In this document: in pieces, positions 31,833 to 42,499 of the stretch
How the letters are laid out: the number at the start of each line of letters is the position of its first letter
Position numbering within the stretch: the stretch's first letter is position 1
Assembly: GCF_004010195.1 (NCBI RefSeq)
Contig: NC_057757.1
Location: 9,123,657-9,169,268, forward strand
Direction: 5' to 3'
DNA from: Chiloscyllium plagiosum
Taxonomy: Eukaryota
DNA length: 45,612 nucleotides
Notes under the pieces: generated by a model
Told to the model about the DNA's origin: nothing
Databases searched by the model: none
The model's input: only the letters and a program-made list of their open reading frames with translations
Made by a program: the position numbers and the translations under genes

Positions 31833-34478
31833 CCAACAAGCCCACACCGACTCTCCAAAGAGTAACCTACCCAGGCACGTTCCCCCACATTTCTCACTGA
31901 CTAATGCACCTAACCTACACAGCCCTGAACAAGATGGGGCAATTTAGCATGGCCAATCCACCCTAACCTACACAGCCCTGAACACGATGGGGTAATGTAA
32001 CACGGCCAATCCACCCTAACCTACACAGCCCTGAACACTATGGGGTAATTTAACACGGCCAATCCACCCTAACCTACACATCCCTGAACACTAAGGGCAA
32101 TTTAGCACGGCCTATCGAAACTAACCTACATATCCCTGAACACTATGGGGCAATTTAGCACGTCCAATCCACCCTAACCTACACATACCTGAACACTATG
32201 GGGCAATTTAGCATGGCCAATCCACCCTAACCTGCACATCCCTGAACACTATGGGGCAATTTAGCATGGCCAATCCATCCTAACCTGCACATCCCTGAAC
32301 ACTATGGGGCAATTTAGCACGGCCAATCCACCCTAACCTACACATCCCTGAGCATTATGGGCAATTTAGCATGGCCAATCCACCCAAACCCACACATCCC
32401 TGAACACGATGGGACAATTTAACATGGCCAATCCACCCTCACCTACACATCCCTGAACACGATGGGGTAATTAAAACGGCCAATTCACCCTAACCAACAC
32501 ATCCCTGAAAACTATGGGGTAATGTAGAATGGCCAATCCACCCTAACCAACACATCCCTGAACACTAGGGGACAATTTAGCATGGCCAATCCACCCTAAC
32601 CGACACATCCCTGAATACTATGGGGCAATTTAGCATGGCCAATTCACCCTAACCTACACACGCCTGAGCACTATGGGGTAATTTAACATGGCCAATCCAC
32701 CCTAACGTACACATTCCTGGTCACGAAGGGGCAATTTAGCATGGCCAATTCACCCTAACCTACACATCCCTGAGCATAATGGGCAATTTAGCATTGCCAA
32801 TCCATCCTCACCTACACATCCCTGAACACTGTGGGACAATTTATCATGGGGAAATCACCCTAACCTACACATCTCTGGACACTATGGGGCAATTTATCAT
32901 GGGCAAATCACCCTAACCTACACATCCCTGAACACTATGGGACAATTTCCCATGGCCAATCCACCCTCACCTTCACATCACTGAACACTATGGGGTAATT
33001 TAGCACAGCCAATCCATCTAATCTACACATCCCTGAATGCTATGGGCAATTTAGCCAGGCAAATCCACCCTAACCTACACATCCCTGAACACTATGGGGC
33101 AATTTGGCATGACCAACCCACCCTAACCCACAAATACTTGATCACTATGGGCAATTTAGCATGGCCAATCCAAACTAACCTACACATCCCTGAACACTAT
33201 GGGGCAATTTAGCACAGCTAAACCACCCAAAACTACATATCCCTGAACACTATGGGGCAATTTAGCATGGCCAATCCACCCTAATCTACACATACCTGAA
33301 CACTATGGGGCAATTTAGCATGGCCAGTTCACCCTAAACTACACATCCCTGAACACTATGGGTCATTTGGCATGGCCAATTCACCATAACCTACACATCC
33401 CTGAACACTACGGGGCAAATTAGCATGTCCAATCCACCCTAACCTGGACATCCCTGAACACTATGGGGTAATTTAGTATGGCCAATCCACCCTAACCTAC
33501 ACATCCCTGAACACTATGGGGTAATTTAGCATGGCCAATCCACCCTAACTCAAACATCCCTGAATATTATGAGATAATTTAGCACGGCCAATCCACCCTA
33601 ACCTACACATCCCTGAACGCTATGGGGTAAATTAGCATGGCCAATCCACCCTAACCTACACATCCCTAAACACTGTGGGGTAATTTAGCACGGCCAATCC
33701 ACCCTGACCTACACATCCTGAACTCTATGGGGTAATTTGGCATAGCCAATCCACCCTAACCTACACTTTCCTGAACTCTATGGGGTAATTTAGCATGGCC
33801 AATCCACCCTAACCTCCACATCCCTGAACACTATGGGGTTATTTAGCATGGCCAATCCACCCTAACCTACACTTCTCTGAACTCTATGGGGTAATTTAGC
33901 ATGGCCAATCCACCCTAACCTACACATCCCTGAACACTATGGGCAATTTAGCATGGCCAATCCACCCTAACCTGCACATCCCTGAACACTATGCGGCAAT
34001 TTAGCACGGCCAATCCACCCTAACCCACACATCCCTGAACACTATGGAGCAATTTAGCATGGTCAATCCACCCTAATGCACACATCCCTGAACACTATGG
34101 GGTAATTTAGCATGGCCAATCCACCCTAACCCACACATCCCTGAACACTAGGGCAATTTAGCAAGGCCAATCCACCCTAACCTACACATCCCTGAACTCT
34201 ATGGGACAATTTAGCACGGCCAATCCACCCTAACCTACACATCCCTGAACACTATGGGGTAATTTAGCATGGCCACTCCACCCTAACCCACACACCCCTG
34301 AACACTATGGGACAATTTAGCATGGCCAATCCACTCTAACCTACGCACCTTTGGACAGCACCTGGAACAAACCCACACAGACACGGGGAGAATGTGCAAA
34401 CTCCACACAGACAGTCGCCTGAGCCTGGAATTGCGCCCGTGAGACATCAGCGGTAGCCACTGAGCCACCGTGCCACCC
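31833..34478 (-). mobile_element. Single HE1 SINE inflated to about 2.65 kb by an internal tandem array
   Basis: The SINE 3' part lies at 31833-31910 (CCCAACAAGCCCACACCGACTCTCCAAAGAGTAACC) and the head at 34345-34478 (GGGTGGCACGGTGGCTCAGTGGCTA), with the array between them. Confidence 0.9.
31910..34345. repeat. 53-bp (52-53) SINE-derived tandem repeat, about 46 copies
   Basis: Unit CCCTGAACACTATGGGGCAATTTAGCATGGCCAATCCACCCTAACCTACACAT, with starts at for example 32240 and 32293. Confidence 0.98.
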
Positions 34479-34848
34479 TAGAGTGGACTTAAGGTAACCT
34501 TTCAAGGCTTGCAGGTTGTCACAGTGGTACACCACCACTGAAGCTGAAGCTTTAGGTCTCCACTAGCATTCGCCCCGAACAACAGTCATACGATCATTTG
34601 CCACCTTAAAACCTGCAGTGGACATTCATTCTTTGAAGTACAGGTTCTGGATGGAATTTGCTTCCAGTATAAACCTGAGTCGCCCAAATTGAAGATTTCA
34701 TCTAAGGCGCTCTTTCTTCCTCAATTAACATTTTCATCACGGGAGGAATTGACAGCGCACATTCCTCGTCTGTATTGGCAGCTTCGCCACATAACGTTAC
34801 ATCGTGAAAAGTATAGTAGCTCTTAAATCCAGCAAACCTGTCCACCAC

Positions 34849-35796
34849 TGTTATGAAGGTGTACAGGTATACTGTACCTTTAAGAGAGTTGAAACGCTGT
34901 CAAAGCACAGAGAGTCCTGAACAAGCTAACAATGGAACACTTGGTTGAAACAAATAACAGTAGATGGGTTGCCATGAAACCAAAAGAAAACAAATTCAAA
35001 TTCAGCCAATCAGTTTAAATTATGCTAAAGAATGTGTTGCTGGAAAAGCGCAGCAGGTCAGGCAGCATCCAAGGAGCAGGGGAATCGACGTTTCGGGCAT
35101 AAGCCCTTCTTCAGGAAGAAGGGCTTACGCCCGAAACGTCGATTCTCCTGTTCCCTGGATGCTGCCTGACCTGCTGCGGCTTTTCCAGCAACACATTTTT
35201 CAGCTCTGATCTCCAGCATCTGCAGTACTCACTTTCTCCTAGTTTAAATTATGCCCCAAGATACCAAAATTCTATCAAATTTGAATTTAGTATTTTGATA
35301 ATATTAAAACCAATGAAACAATCCGATCTTTTGGGGTCTAAAACTGGACATTTTGAACAGCTGGAGGGAGAACTGCCAAGCCATCAACAAGTAGAGAATG
35401 CCAGCAGAACAGCTCTCTGAGAGGTACCTGTCTCTGGGGGGTTTGTGCAGCAGAACATCCAGGCCAACCTGGAGAGAATCTGCAGGGGAAAATATACAGA
35501 GGAGAATGGGCAAAGTGACCGGTTTTGAAACATGACCTTTTTTTTTTGCAAATCTTCATCAGGATTTTTTTTATTGGAATAGTATTGTCGAGTGGATGGT
35601 AAAAGATAGGTTTCAGAGTTGGAAATAGTTGTTGGTTTTAATATTCTCTGTTGGACTTAAAAGAATAAACTTGCTAATTTTTACTTTAAATAATAAGCTC
35701 TGGGATAAGTCTTTACCTCTCGAATTTTAACAGAGGTGAATCTTTTCTGTGTGGCGGGTTTAAGTTAGCAGAGGGAGTTTACCCCGTGTCGTAACC
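34849..35796 (+). mobile_element. Solo LTR inserted in the Tigger transposase
   Basis: TGTTATGA...TCGTAAC(C) inverted termini, an internal AATAAA at about 35664, homology to 1-1009, and transposase sequence resuming on both sides. Confidence 0.75.
35026..35240. mobile_element. Palindromic PLE-derived mini-element with hammerhead motif and perfect 14-bp TSD
   Basis: About 80-bp inverted arms centred near 35113. AGTTTAAATTATGC occurs at 35012-35025 and 35241-35254. The minus strand reads CCTGAAGAAGGGCTTATGCCCGAAACGTC. Confidence 0.9.
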
Positions 35797-36504
35797 CTCC
35801 TAGCAGTTCAAGGTAGGCACATCTGTGCCTAGGATTGTCAGCATTTTTCCTCAGGTCCCCATAACTGGAGAAGGCTTGCTGTTTTATGGTGAGAAAGGTG
35901 GTCCGACATTGCTTTCTTGATTGAGCTTCATTGAGAGGCTGCTCCGTCCTCCTCAAGTTCCTTTGTTCGTGATCTCTCGGACTTGCTGGCACTCAGATTT
36001 GTCCCAGCAATGCAGCTTGCTTGAATTCTTTCTGCATGGTCTCTAACGTTGCAGAGCGTCGGCTCCTCTCTTCCTGTTGCAGGGACAGTATCACCTGCTC
36101 TTCCATCATGCTGAAAACGTGTAGCCTCTGTTCAAGTGTCGTAGCCTCTCTTCTGCAGGGGCCACCCATGATTATTTTCGCCTGGATGCTTCCTGTCGGC
36201 ACTCTTGCAACTTTGTCCTTGCATCGTCATGGAAGAACGCAGTGAGCTTCGCAAAGCACGGGATCCGAAAATGACTGAGTATGGCACAGTGCCTTTCATG
36301 AAGCTCTTCACTAGAAAGCGAGCGACCATGATGGGACATCCACGCGGAGTCCACTCCTCCGCGTACTGCGACGCCCTAGCGCCGGGGATGGAATCGCGTT
36401 ATGGCCCACAGGAGTCCATGTCGTAGAGAAACCGTTCGCCCCCCATTCACCAATTGCATCGCAGCCAAATCGCGCCTAACAAACAGGAGAATGACCTCAC
36501 TGAC

Positions 36505-37320
36505 TTCACACCTCTGTCCCAGGAAGCGGCCCCTGGTAAACCTCTGTCTCATTCCCTCCAAAGCCCGAGTGTCCCTCCCCAGAGGAAGAGACCAAAACTG
36601 CACACAAGCACTCCAGGTGGGGGTCTCACCAAGGCCTTTTACGATTGCAGCCAGACATCCCTGCTCCTGTACTTGTACCTCCCCCAGCATGCCTTCTTCA
36701 TTGGCTGCTGTTCACCTCAGCGACTGGTGTACGGGGACATCCAGGCCCCATTCCCCAATCCATTGCTGTGGAGAGTTCGTACCTGATGCTCTGTGCGAAT
36801 CACCAGGAGATGCAGAGAATTCCTCAAGATGTTGAACTTCTATTTGCAAACAAAAGCTGCGGCGATCAGAAAATGGCTTCCCGACTGCCCCTGGCTTGCT
36901 ATGTTTCATAATCTCCTCGTTACCGTGCTTATCTGGAGTCATTAGCATAACCAATCATATTAGCTTGTATTATCTTCCTAAACCAATCATCTTCTGCCAC
37001 AATGGTCTTCTACTTCACACTTAAACCTTATGCCACCATTGTCTTTAACATTTGCTCATTATTTTCAGCCAATGCTCATCTGTCACATGATTCTGTGCAC
37101 CGCTCCATTAATTTAATTGCACATCTCTCATATTAATTTCCATACTTTCGCCATTCAGATAATAGCCTGCCTTCCTGTTTTGGCCACCAAAGTGGATGAC
37201 CTCACTTTTATCCACCCTGCCGTGCACTTCCCCACTGTCTCAGCTTGGATAGGTCACGCTGACATATCTCCGCACTCTCCTCACAACTCAGCCTCCCGCC
37301 CAGCTCTGAGACATGTGGAA
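36505..37320 (-). mobile_element. CR1 fragments (36505-36750 and about 37150-37320)
   Basis: ACVQFWSLPLGRDTRALEGMRQRFTR; CCAAAGTGGATGACCTCACTTT (KxEVIHFG). Confidence 0.65.
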
Positions 37321-37384
37321 ACTAATTCTGAAATATCCAAAGGTGCCCTGCTGAAATCGCCCAGTCACACCCCGATTTGAGTCT

Positions 37385-37730
37385 GGGAGAGGCGATGGTT
37401 TAGAGGTAATGCCAATGAGCCAGTAACCCAGAACGCCAGGTTTGTGTTCGTTGAGGGGGGGGGGGGGGCGTGGGTTCGAGCCTCAGCGCAGAAGGTGAAT
37501 AAAAATCTGGAATGATGGGAATAATGGTGACCGTGGCAACTGTCACAAAAACCCACCATGATCACTAACATCCTTCGGGAAATCTGCTGGCCTTACCTGG
37601 TCTGGACCGACATGTGACTCCAGACACATGGCAATACAGTTGGTAATTAACTACCCTCCGAACCGAACAATCAAGGCATTCAGCTCAAGGGGCAACTAGG
37701 GATGGGCAATAAATGTCAACCTTGCCCCTG
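37385..37730 (+). mobile_element. Second tRNA-derived SINE family copy
   Basis: GGGAGAGGCGATGGTTTAGAGG head with GGGTTCGAGCC B box; ACATGTGACTCCAGAC body; GGGCAACTAGGGATGGGCAATAAATG tail. Confidence 0.7.
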
Positions 37731-38206
37731 AAGTTATTAAAGGAAAGGAATGGCAAGAGACAACTTTGACTCTCATCTGACAAGTTCATTATCTTCTCAA
37801 AATGGCAGCCCTCCAACAACGCAGCACTCCCTCAGCACGTCACAGGGGCAGGGTGGGGTGGACGAGAGTAAGTTTTGTGATATCCAGGAACGTAATCTGA
37901 GTCGAGACCCAGAGGCATGAGCGTGATTGACCAAGAATTAGGATGGGAACAGTTTTGGAACAGGGTCTGCCATTCATTATAAGTTGGATAGGCATGACCT
38001 CAATGCGGTCCAGTCATCATCGAAATCAATGAGCAATTGAATGGTTCAACAGGTGGGAAATCCAAGGATTCTCCCGGAATCACAGATTGGAAAACAATTG
38101 TGCCATGCTCAATACAGCTGAGTCTTGATAATTGGCCAGAGAGACCTGTTTGATGGGCCTCGGTGTATATGTTCTGTGCATGACAACACCAAATTGTCAG
38201 ATTTGG

Positions 38207-38963
38207 GAGTGGCACGGTGGCTCAGTGGTTAGCACGGCTGCCTCACAGAACCAGGGACTTGGGTTCGATTCCAGCCTCGGGCGACTGTCTGTGTGGAGTT
38301 TGCACATTCTCCCAGTGTCTGCATGGGTTTCCCCCGGGTGCTCCGGTTTCCTCCCACAGTCCAAAGATGTGCAGGTTAGGGTGGATTGGCCATGCTAAAT
38401 TGCCCCATAGTGTTCAGGGATGTGTGGGTTAGTGTGGATGGGCCATGCTAAATTACCCATAGTGTTCAGGGATGTGTATGTTAGTGTGGATTGGCCATGC
38501 TAAATTGCCCCATAGTGTTCAGGGATGTGGAGGTTAGGGTGAATTGGCCATGCTAAATTACCCCATAGTGTACAGTAATGTGTGGGTTAGTGTGGATTGG
38601 CCATGCTAAATTGCCCCATAGTGTTCAGGGATGTGTGGGTTAGTGTGGATGGGCCATGCTAAATTACCCATAGTGTTCAGGGATGTGTATGTTAGTGTGG
38701 ATTGGCCATGCTAAATTGCCCCATAGTGTTCAGGGATGTGGAGGTTAGGGTGAATTGGCCATGCTAAATTACCCCATAGTGTTCAGGGAGGTGAATTGGC
38801 CATGCTAAATTGCCCCATAGTGTACAGTAATGTGTGGGTTAGTGTGGATTGGCCATGCTAAATTGTCCCATCGTGTTCAGGAATGTGCAGGTTAGGGTGG
38901 ATTGGCCACGCTAAATTGCCCCATAGTGTTCAGGGATGTGTAGGTTAGTGTGGATTGGCCATG
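38207..38963 (+). mobile_element. HE1 SINE with about 11 tandem copies of the 53-bp unit; 3' end missing
   Basis: Head GTGGCACGGTGGCTCAGTGGTTAGCAC...GGGTTCGATTCC, followed by the array at about 38365-38963. Confidence 0.93.
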
Positions 38964-39084
38964 GGAAATTGCGACGGTGAAGCGGGCACGACAACGCCCC
39001 CCCCCCACTTTACCTTAGGAGGCTTCATAAATGCAGCGTGTCCCAGAGGACATGCGTCAGCGTTTACAGACGTGCCACAGAGAC

Positions 39085-39492
39085 CAGCCCAACCGGCAAC
39101 CGCTCTGCCCAGGACCATAAGAAACTGCAGAAAGTTGTGTGTACAGCCCAGGCCCTCACAGAAGCCTGCCTCCCATCCGCGGACTCCATTTACACTTCCT
39201 GTTGCTGCAGAAAGTCCCCTCCCACCCCAACGCCCTCGTCCAACCTCTCCCGTCAAGGCAAAAGGTACAGAAGCTTGACCACATGCACCGACATGTTCAA
39301 GACCAGCTTCTTCTCTGCCGTTATTAGACTGCTGAATGGACCTCTCCGACTTCAAACAACGTTGATCTTGCTTTGTGCCCCTTCCGTGCAGTGCCTCACT
39401 CTGTCGAAGCAGCCTAGGATCAGCATGTCCTTGCTTGCTCTGATCTGCCTGTACTTAGGTACACGTGACAACAATAAAGCAAACCAAATTAA
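39085..39492 (+). mobile_element. Rex1/Babar-like LINE 3' end
   Basis: GNRSAQDHKKLQKVVCTAQALTEACLPSADSIYTSCC...GKRYRSLTTCTDMFKTSFFSAVIRLLN, with AATAAA plus a short A-rich tail. Confidence 0.8.
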
Positions 39493-39714
39493 AGTATTCC
39501 ACCCATTTACTGCCCTTTGAGTGAAGAAATTCCCTCCTCATCGTAATTTGAAATTGGCAACCCCTCATTCTGAGACGATTCCCCTCTGGTCCTGGACTCT
39601 CCCACAGAGGGAAGCCATCTTTGAAACATTCAAGCTCCTTCAGGAACTTGATGGGGTGCAGTCACATCTTCAACATTTCCTGATAAATCATTCCCCCTGG
39701 TATCAGTTCAGTGA

Positions 39715-39928
39715 GGAGAAAGTGAGGTCTGCAGATGCTGGAGATCAGAGATGGAAATGTGTTGCTGGAAAAGCGCAGCAGGTCAGGCAGCATCTAGGGA
39801 ACAGGAGAATCGACGTTTCGGGCATTAGCCCTTTTCCTGAAGAAGGGCTAATGCCCGAAACGTCGATTCTCCTGTTCCCTAGATGCTGCCTGACCTGCTG
39901 CGCTTTTCCAGCAACACATTTCCATCTC
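39715..39928. mobile_element. Palindromic PLE-derived mini-element with perfect 87-bp arms and 14-bp TSD
   Basis: 39747-39833 is the exact reverse complement of 39843-39929, with a 9-nt loop. TATCAG(T/C)TCAGTGA occurs at 39701-39714 and 39929-39942. Confidence 0.93.
39834..39868 (+). ncRNA. Minimal hammerhead ribozyme motif
   Basis: UUC-CUGAAGA-A-GGGC-UAAU-GCCC-GAAA-CGUC-GAUU, with palindromic stem III ACGU and a GUC cleavage triplet. Confidence 0.7.
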
Positions 39929-40378
39929 TATCAGCTCAGTGAACCTTCTCAGGACTGTCTCCAAAGCCAGTGTGTCTTTCCTTGGGTAAAGGGCTCAGAA
40001 ATGTTCGGTGTTGCAGTTGTGATCTGATTTGTATCTTGCACAATTTTTGTGAAACCTCCCAACTCTAATACCCATTCTGTTTGAAATAAAGGTCATTCCA
40101 TTCACCTTCCCTTTTGCCCACTTCGCCTTTTTTGGTAATGCCTGCCCAAGGACTCCTCAATCCCTGCACGTGCCGTAACTTTGTGTGGCCTCTCTGGTTA
40201 AAAAATATTCAGCTCCTAAACCCTTCTTGCAAAATCCATAACCTCGCATTTTCCTACCTTATATTCTGTCTGCCAAGTTTTGCCCTTTATCCCTCTATGG
40301 AATCCTCCTCACCATTTGCTTTTCCACTTATTCACAAACTTGCCAGTAGTACATCCACCTCTGTTATCCAAGTCATGG

Positions 40379-41001
40379 CAGAATTACCTCAGTTATCCAA
40401 ACATCGATTATCCAAACAAGAGTGTGAGGTCCCGCAAAAACGTTATCAATTATCCGTACAAAATACTCCCCACCCATCTCGTTCAGATAATCCAGGTTGT
40501 TCTGTCATGAGGATAATACATCTTACAGAACAACCTCGATTATCCGAACATCAATTATCTGAATTTCCGATTATCCAAACAAGATCGCGAGGTCCCATAA
40601 AAACATTATCACTTATCCGAACAAAATACTCCCCACCCGTCTCGTTCAGATAATCCAGGTTGTTCTGTCATGAGGATAATACATATTACAGAACAACCTC
40701 ATTATCCGAACATCAATTATCTGAATTTCCGATTACCCAAACAAGATCGCGAGGTCCTGTAAAAACGTTATCCGGACAAGATACTCCCCATCAGTCTCGT
40801 TCAGATAATCCAGGTTGTTCTGTCATGAGGATAATATATCTTCCAGAACAACCTCGTTTATCTAAACACCAATTATCTGAATTTCTGATTATCCAAACAA
40901 GATTGCAAGGTCCCGTAAAAACGTTAACTGTTATCTGAACAATCAGTTATCCGAACAAAATACACCCTGGCTGTCTTGTTTGGATAATTGAAGTTGTTCT
41001 G
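40379..41001. mobile_element. Four tandem copies of a Tigger/pogo-type MITE
   Basis: TIRs CAGAACAACCTCGATTATCCGAAC / GTTC(A/G)GATAATCCAGGTTGTTCTG. Copies lie at 40379-40504, 40526-40667, 40689-40822 and 40844-41001, separated by near-identical 21-bp spacers. Confidence 0.8.
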
Positions 41002-41262
41002 TAATATATATTATCCACATTGAGGTTACCCCAAATATTTTCTTATTTCAAGAGATCGAAGATCCAGCCTCTCAATCCTTTCCTGATTTTTGACCCACTC
41101 ATATCTCGTTATCATCCTTGCAAAACACCTCTGTGCTCTCTCCAGTGTTTTTGATGTGGTGATCAGAACTGTACACTCTCTGGTTGAGACAATGTGTAGC
41201 ATAAATGAAGCATAATTTGTAAATTTTTCAAGGAAGTGGAGAAGGCAATGAGCAGATCTTAC

Positions 41263-41412
41263 CGAGGACGCCCAGTCGGTAGTTGATGGTGACAACGATA
41301 ACATTTCCATAGCTTGCCAAGACACTCCCCTCGAACATGTTCCCTGTGCCTTCCATATAAGATCCACCATGAACAAACATCATCACTGGTTTGGGGCCAC
41401 TGTCTCGAATAT
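41263..41412 (-). CDS. nlgn2: Neuroligin coding exon (cholinesterase-like domain), most like neuroligin-2
   Basis: 150-bp phase 1-1 exon bounded by ctttAG and GTAAG, encoding (D)[49 protein letters not shown](G). The neuroligin identity is very secure. The paralogue call rests on the MxFxH and NMF residues and is less certain. Confidence 0.92.
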
Positions 41413-41414
41413 CT

Positions 41415-41420
41415 AAAGAG

Positions 41421-41452
<32 letters not shown>

Positions 41453-41528
41453 CAGAGAGAGAAAGAGAGATAGAGACATGAGAGAGACAGAGAGAGAGAG
41501 AGAGAGAGACAGAGAGAGAGAGAGAGAC
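41415..41528. repeat. (GA)n/(CT)n microsatellite forming the polypyrimidine tract of the neuroligin exon
   Basis: Seen directly; it abuts the acceptor AG. Confidence 0.9.
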
Positions 41529-42499
41529 AAAATGTTACTCAAGTGTCCTGCTATGCCACAACTTCATAAGAGTGGTCTGGGCTAACATAGACAGGAAGTG
41601 CATTAAATCATATGTACCAAAACTGAGAGATACACAGAATTCTCACACACACCACCACAAACACATACAGACACAGACATGAAATCCAACATATTTTTAT
41701 CCACACTGATGATCTTCGGTGCTCCACACAATTCCCCACCCACCCCTTCTCCAGTTCACCCTGTCAGCATGTTCTCCTGTTCCTTCCTCCTGAACTTATC
41801 CAGCTCCCCCCTCCCCCACCTTCGAAGGAGCAATACTATTTCACTTGACTGCTCCCTGCGAGAGAGAGTTCCTCATTCTCCCCCACTCTTTGATGTTTCT
41901 CCTGAATTCCCGATGGGATTGATTTGTCTGAGATGGATGAGCCCTGAGTTCTGGTCACCCCTGCAAGCAAAAACATGACTGTGACATCAAATCCCCTTCA
42001 TCCTCATAAAAACCCCGAGTAGGCCATCGCTCTGTTCTGACTGTTACTTGTAAACCTCACCTTTAAGTAAATGCACTTTTAAGAACTCCGTGTCGTGACT
42101 CTGCCTGAAGGTTAATCCACTGTGGGTCTGCAAACGACATTCGCGCACACAGTGTTTGTCAAAATGTCTGCTTCTTGACTTAGGGTGAGCTTTGTTGTTT
42201 GAAATAAGCTACCCAGGAAGTTAATCAATCGCTGACAAGCAACTAATTATTAGACCACTATTATCAACATGCCATGGTGGGCACAGACGTGAGGGCAAAT
42301 CAGGAATGATCCAGTTTCCCATCCATCACCCAGTCCTGTTGGCATCCCAATGATCCCAAGAGAAACAGGGATGACATACAATATCACTGACAACTGAAGG
42401 CAGAAAACAACACCTCCTGACAATATCACTATCACAAAAACTCAACGAATTATTGGAGATTCATAGACTCATTGCAAATAGATGGACGCAAGGGGAACC

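Larger units (their letters stand above)
34479..36497 (-). mobile_element. Tigger/pogo (Tc1-mariner superfamily) DNA transposon remnant: 5' end, CENP-B-type HTH and start of the DDE domain, split by a solo LTR
   Basis: Minus-strand peptides RREATTLEQRLHVF, FLTIKQQAFSSYGDLRKNA, FAGFKSYYTFHDVTLCGEAANTDEE, DEIFNLGDSGLYWKQIPSRT, GFKVANDRMT, GANASGDLKL and VYHCDNLQALKGYLKSTL parallel the Tigger1/TIGD1 transposase. A TIR-like AGGTCATTCT lies at 36488-36497. Confidence 0.85.
39495..40370 (-). mobile_element. Old CR1-clade LINE remnant hosting the palindromic insertion
   Basis: GTGAAGAAATTCCCTCCTCATC and CCATAACCTCGCATTTTCC (KCEVM) motifs. Confidence 0.55.

Noticed and set aside
31910..34345. Interstitial telomere (many CCCTAA)
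   Set aside because: There is only one hexamer per 53-bp SINE-derived unit and no tandem (TTAGGG)n.
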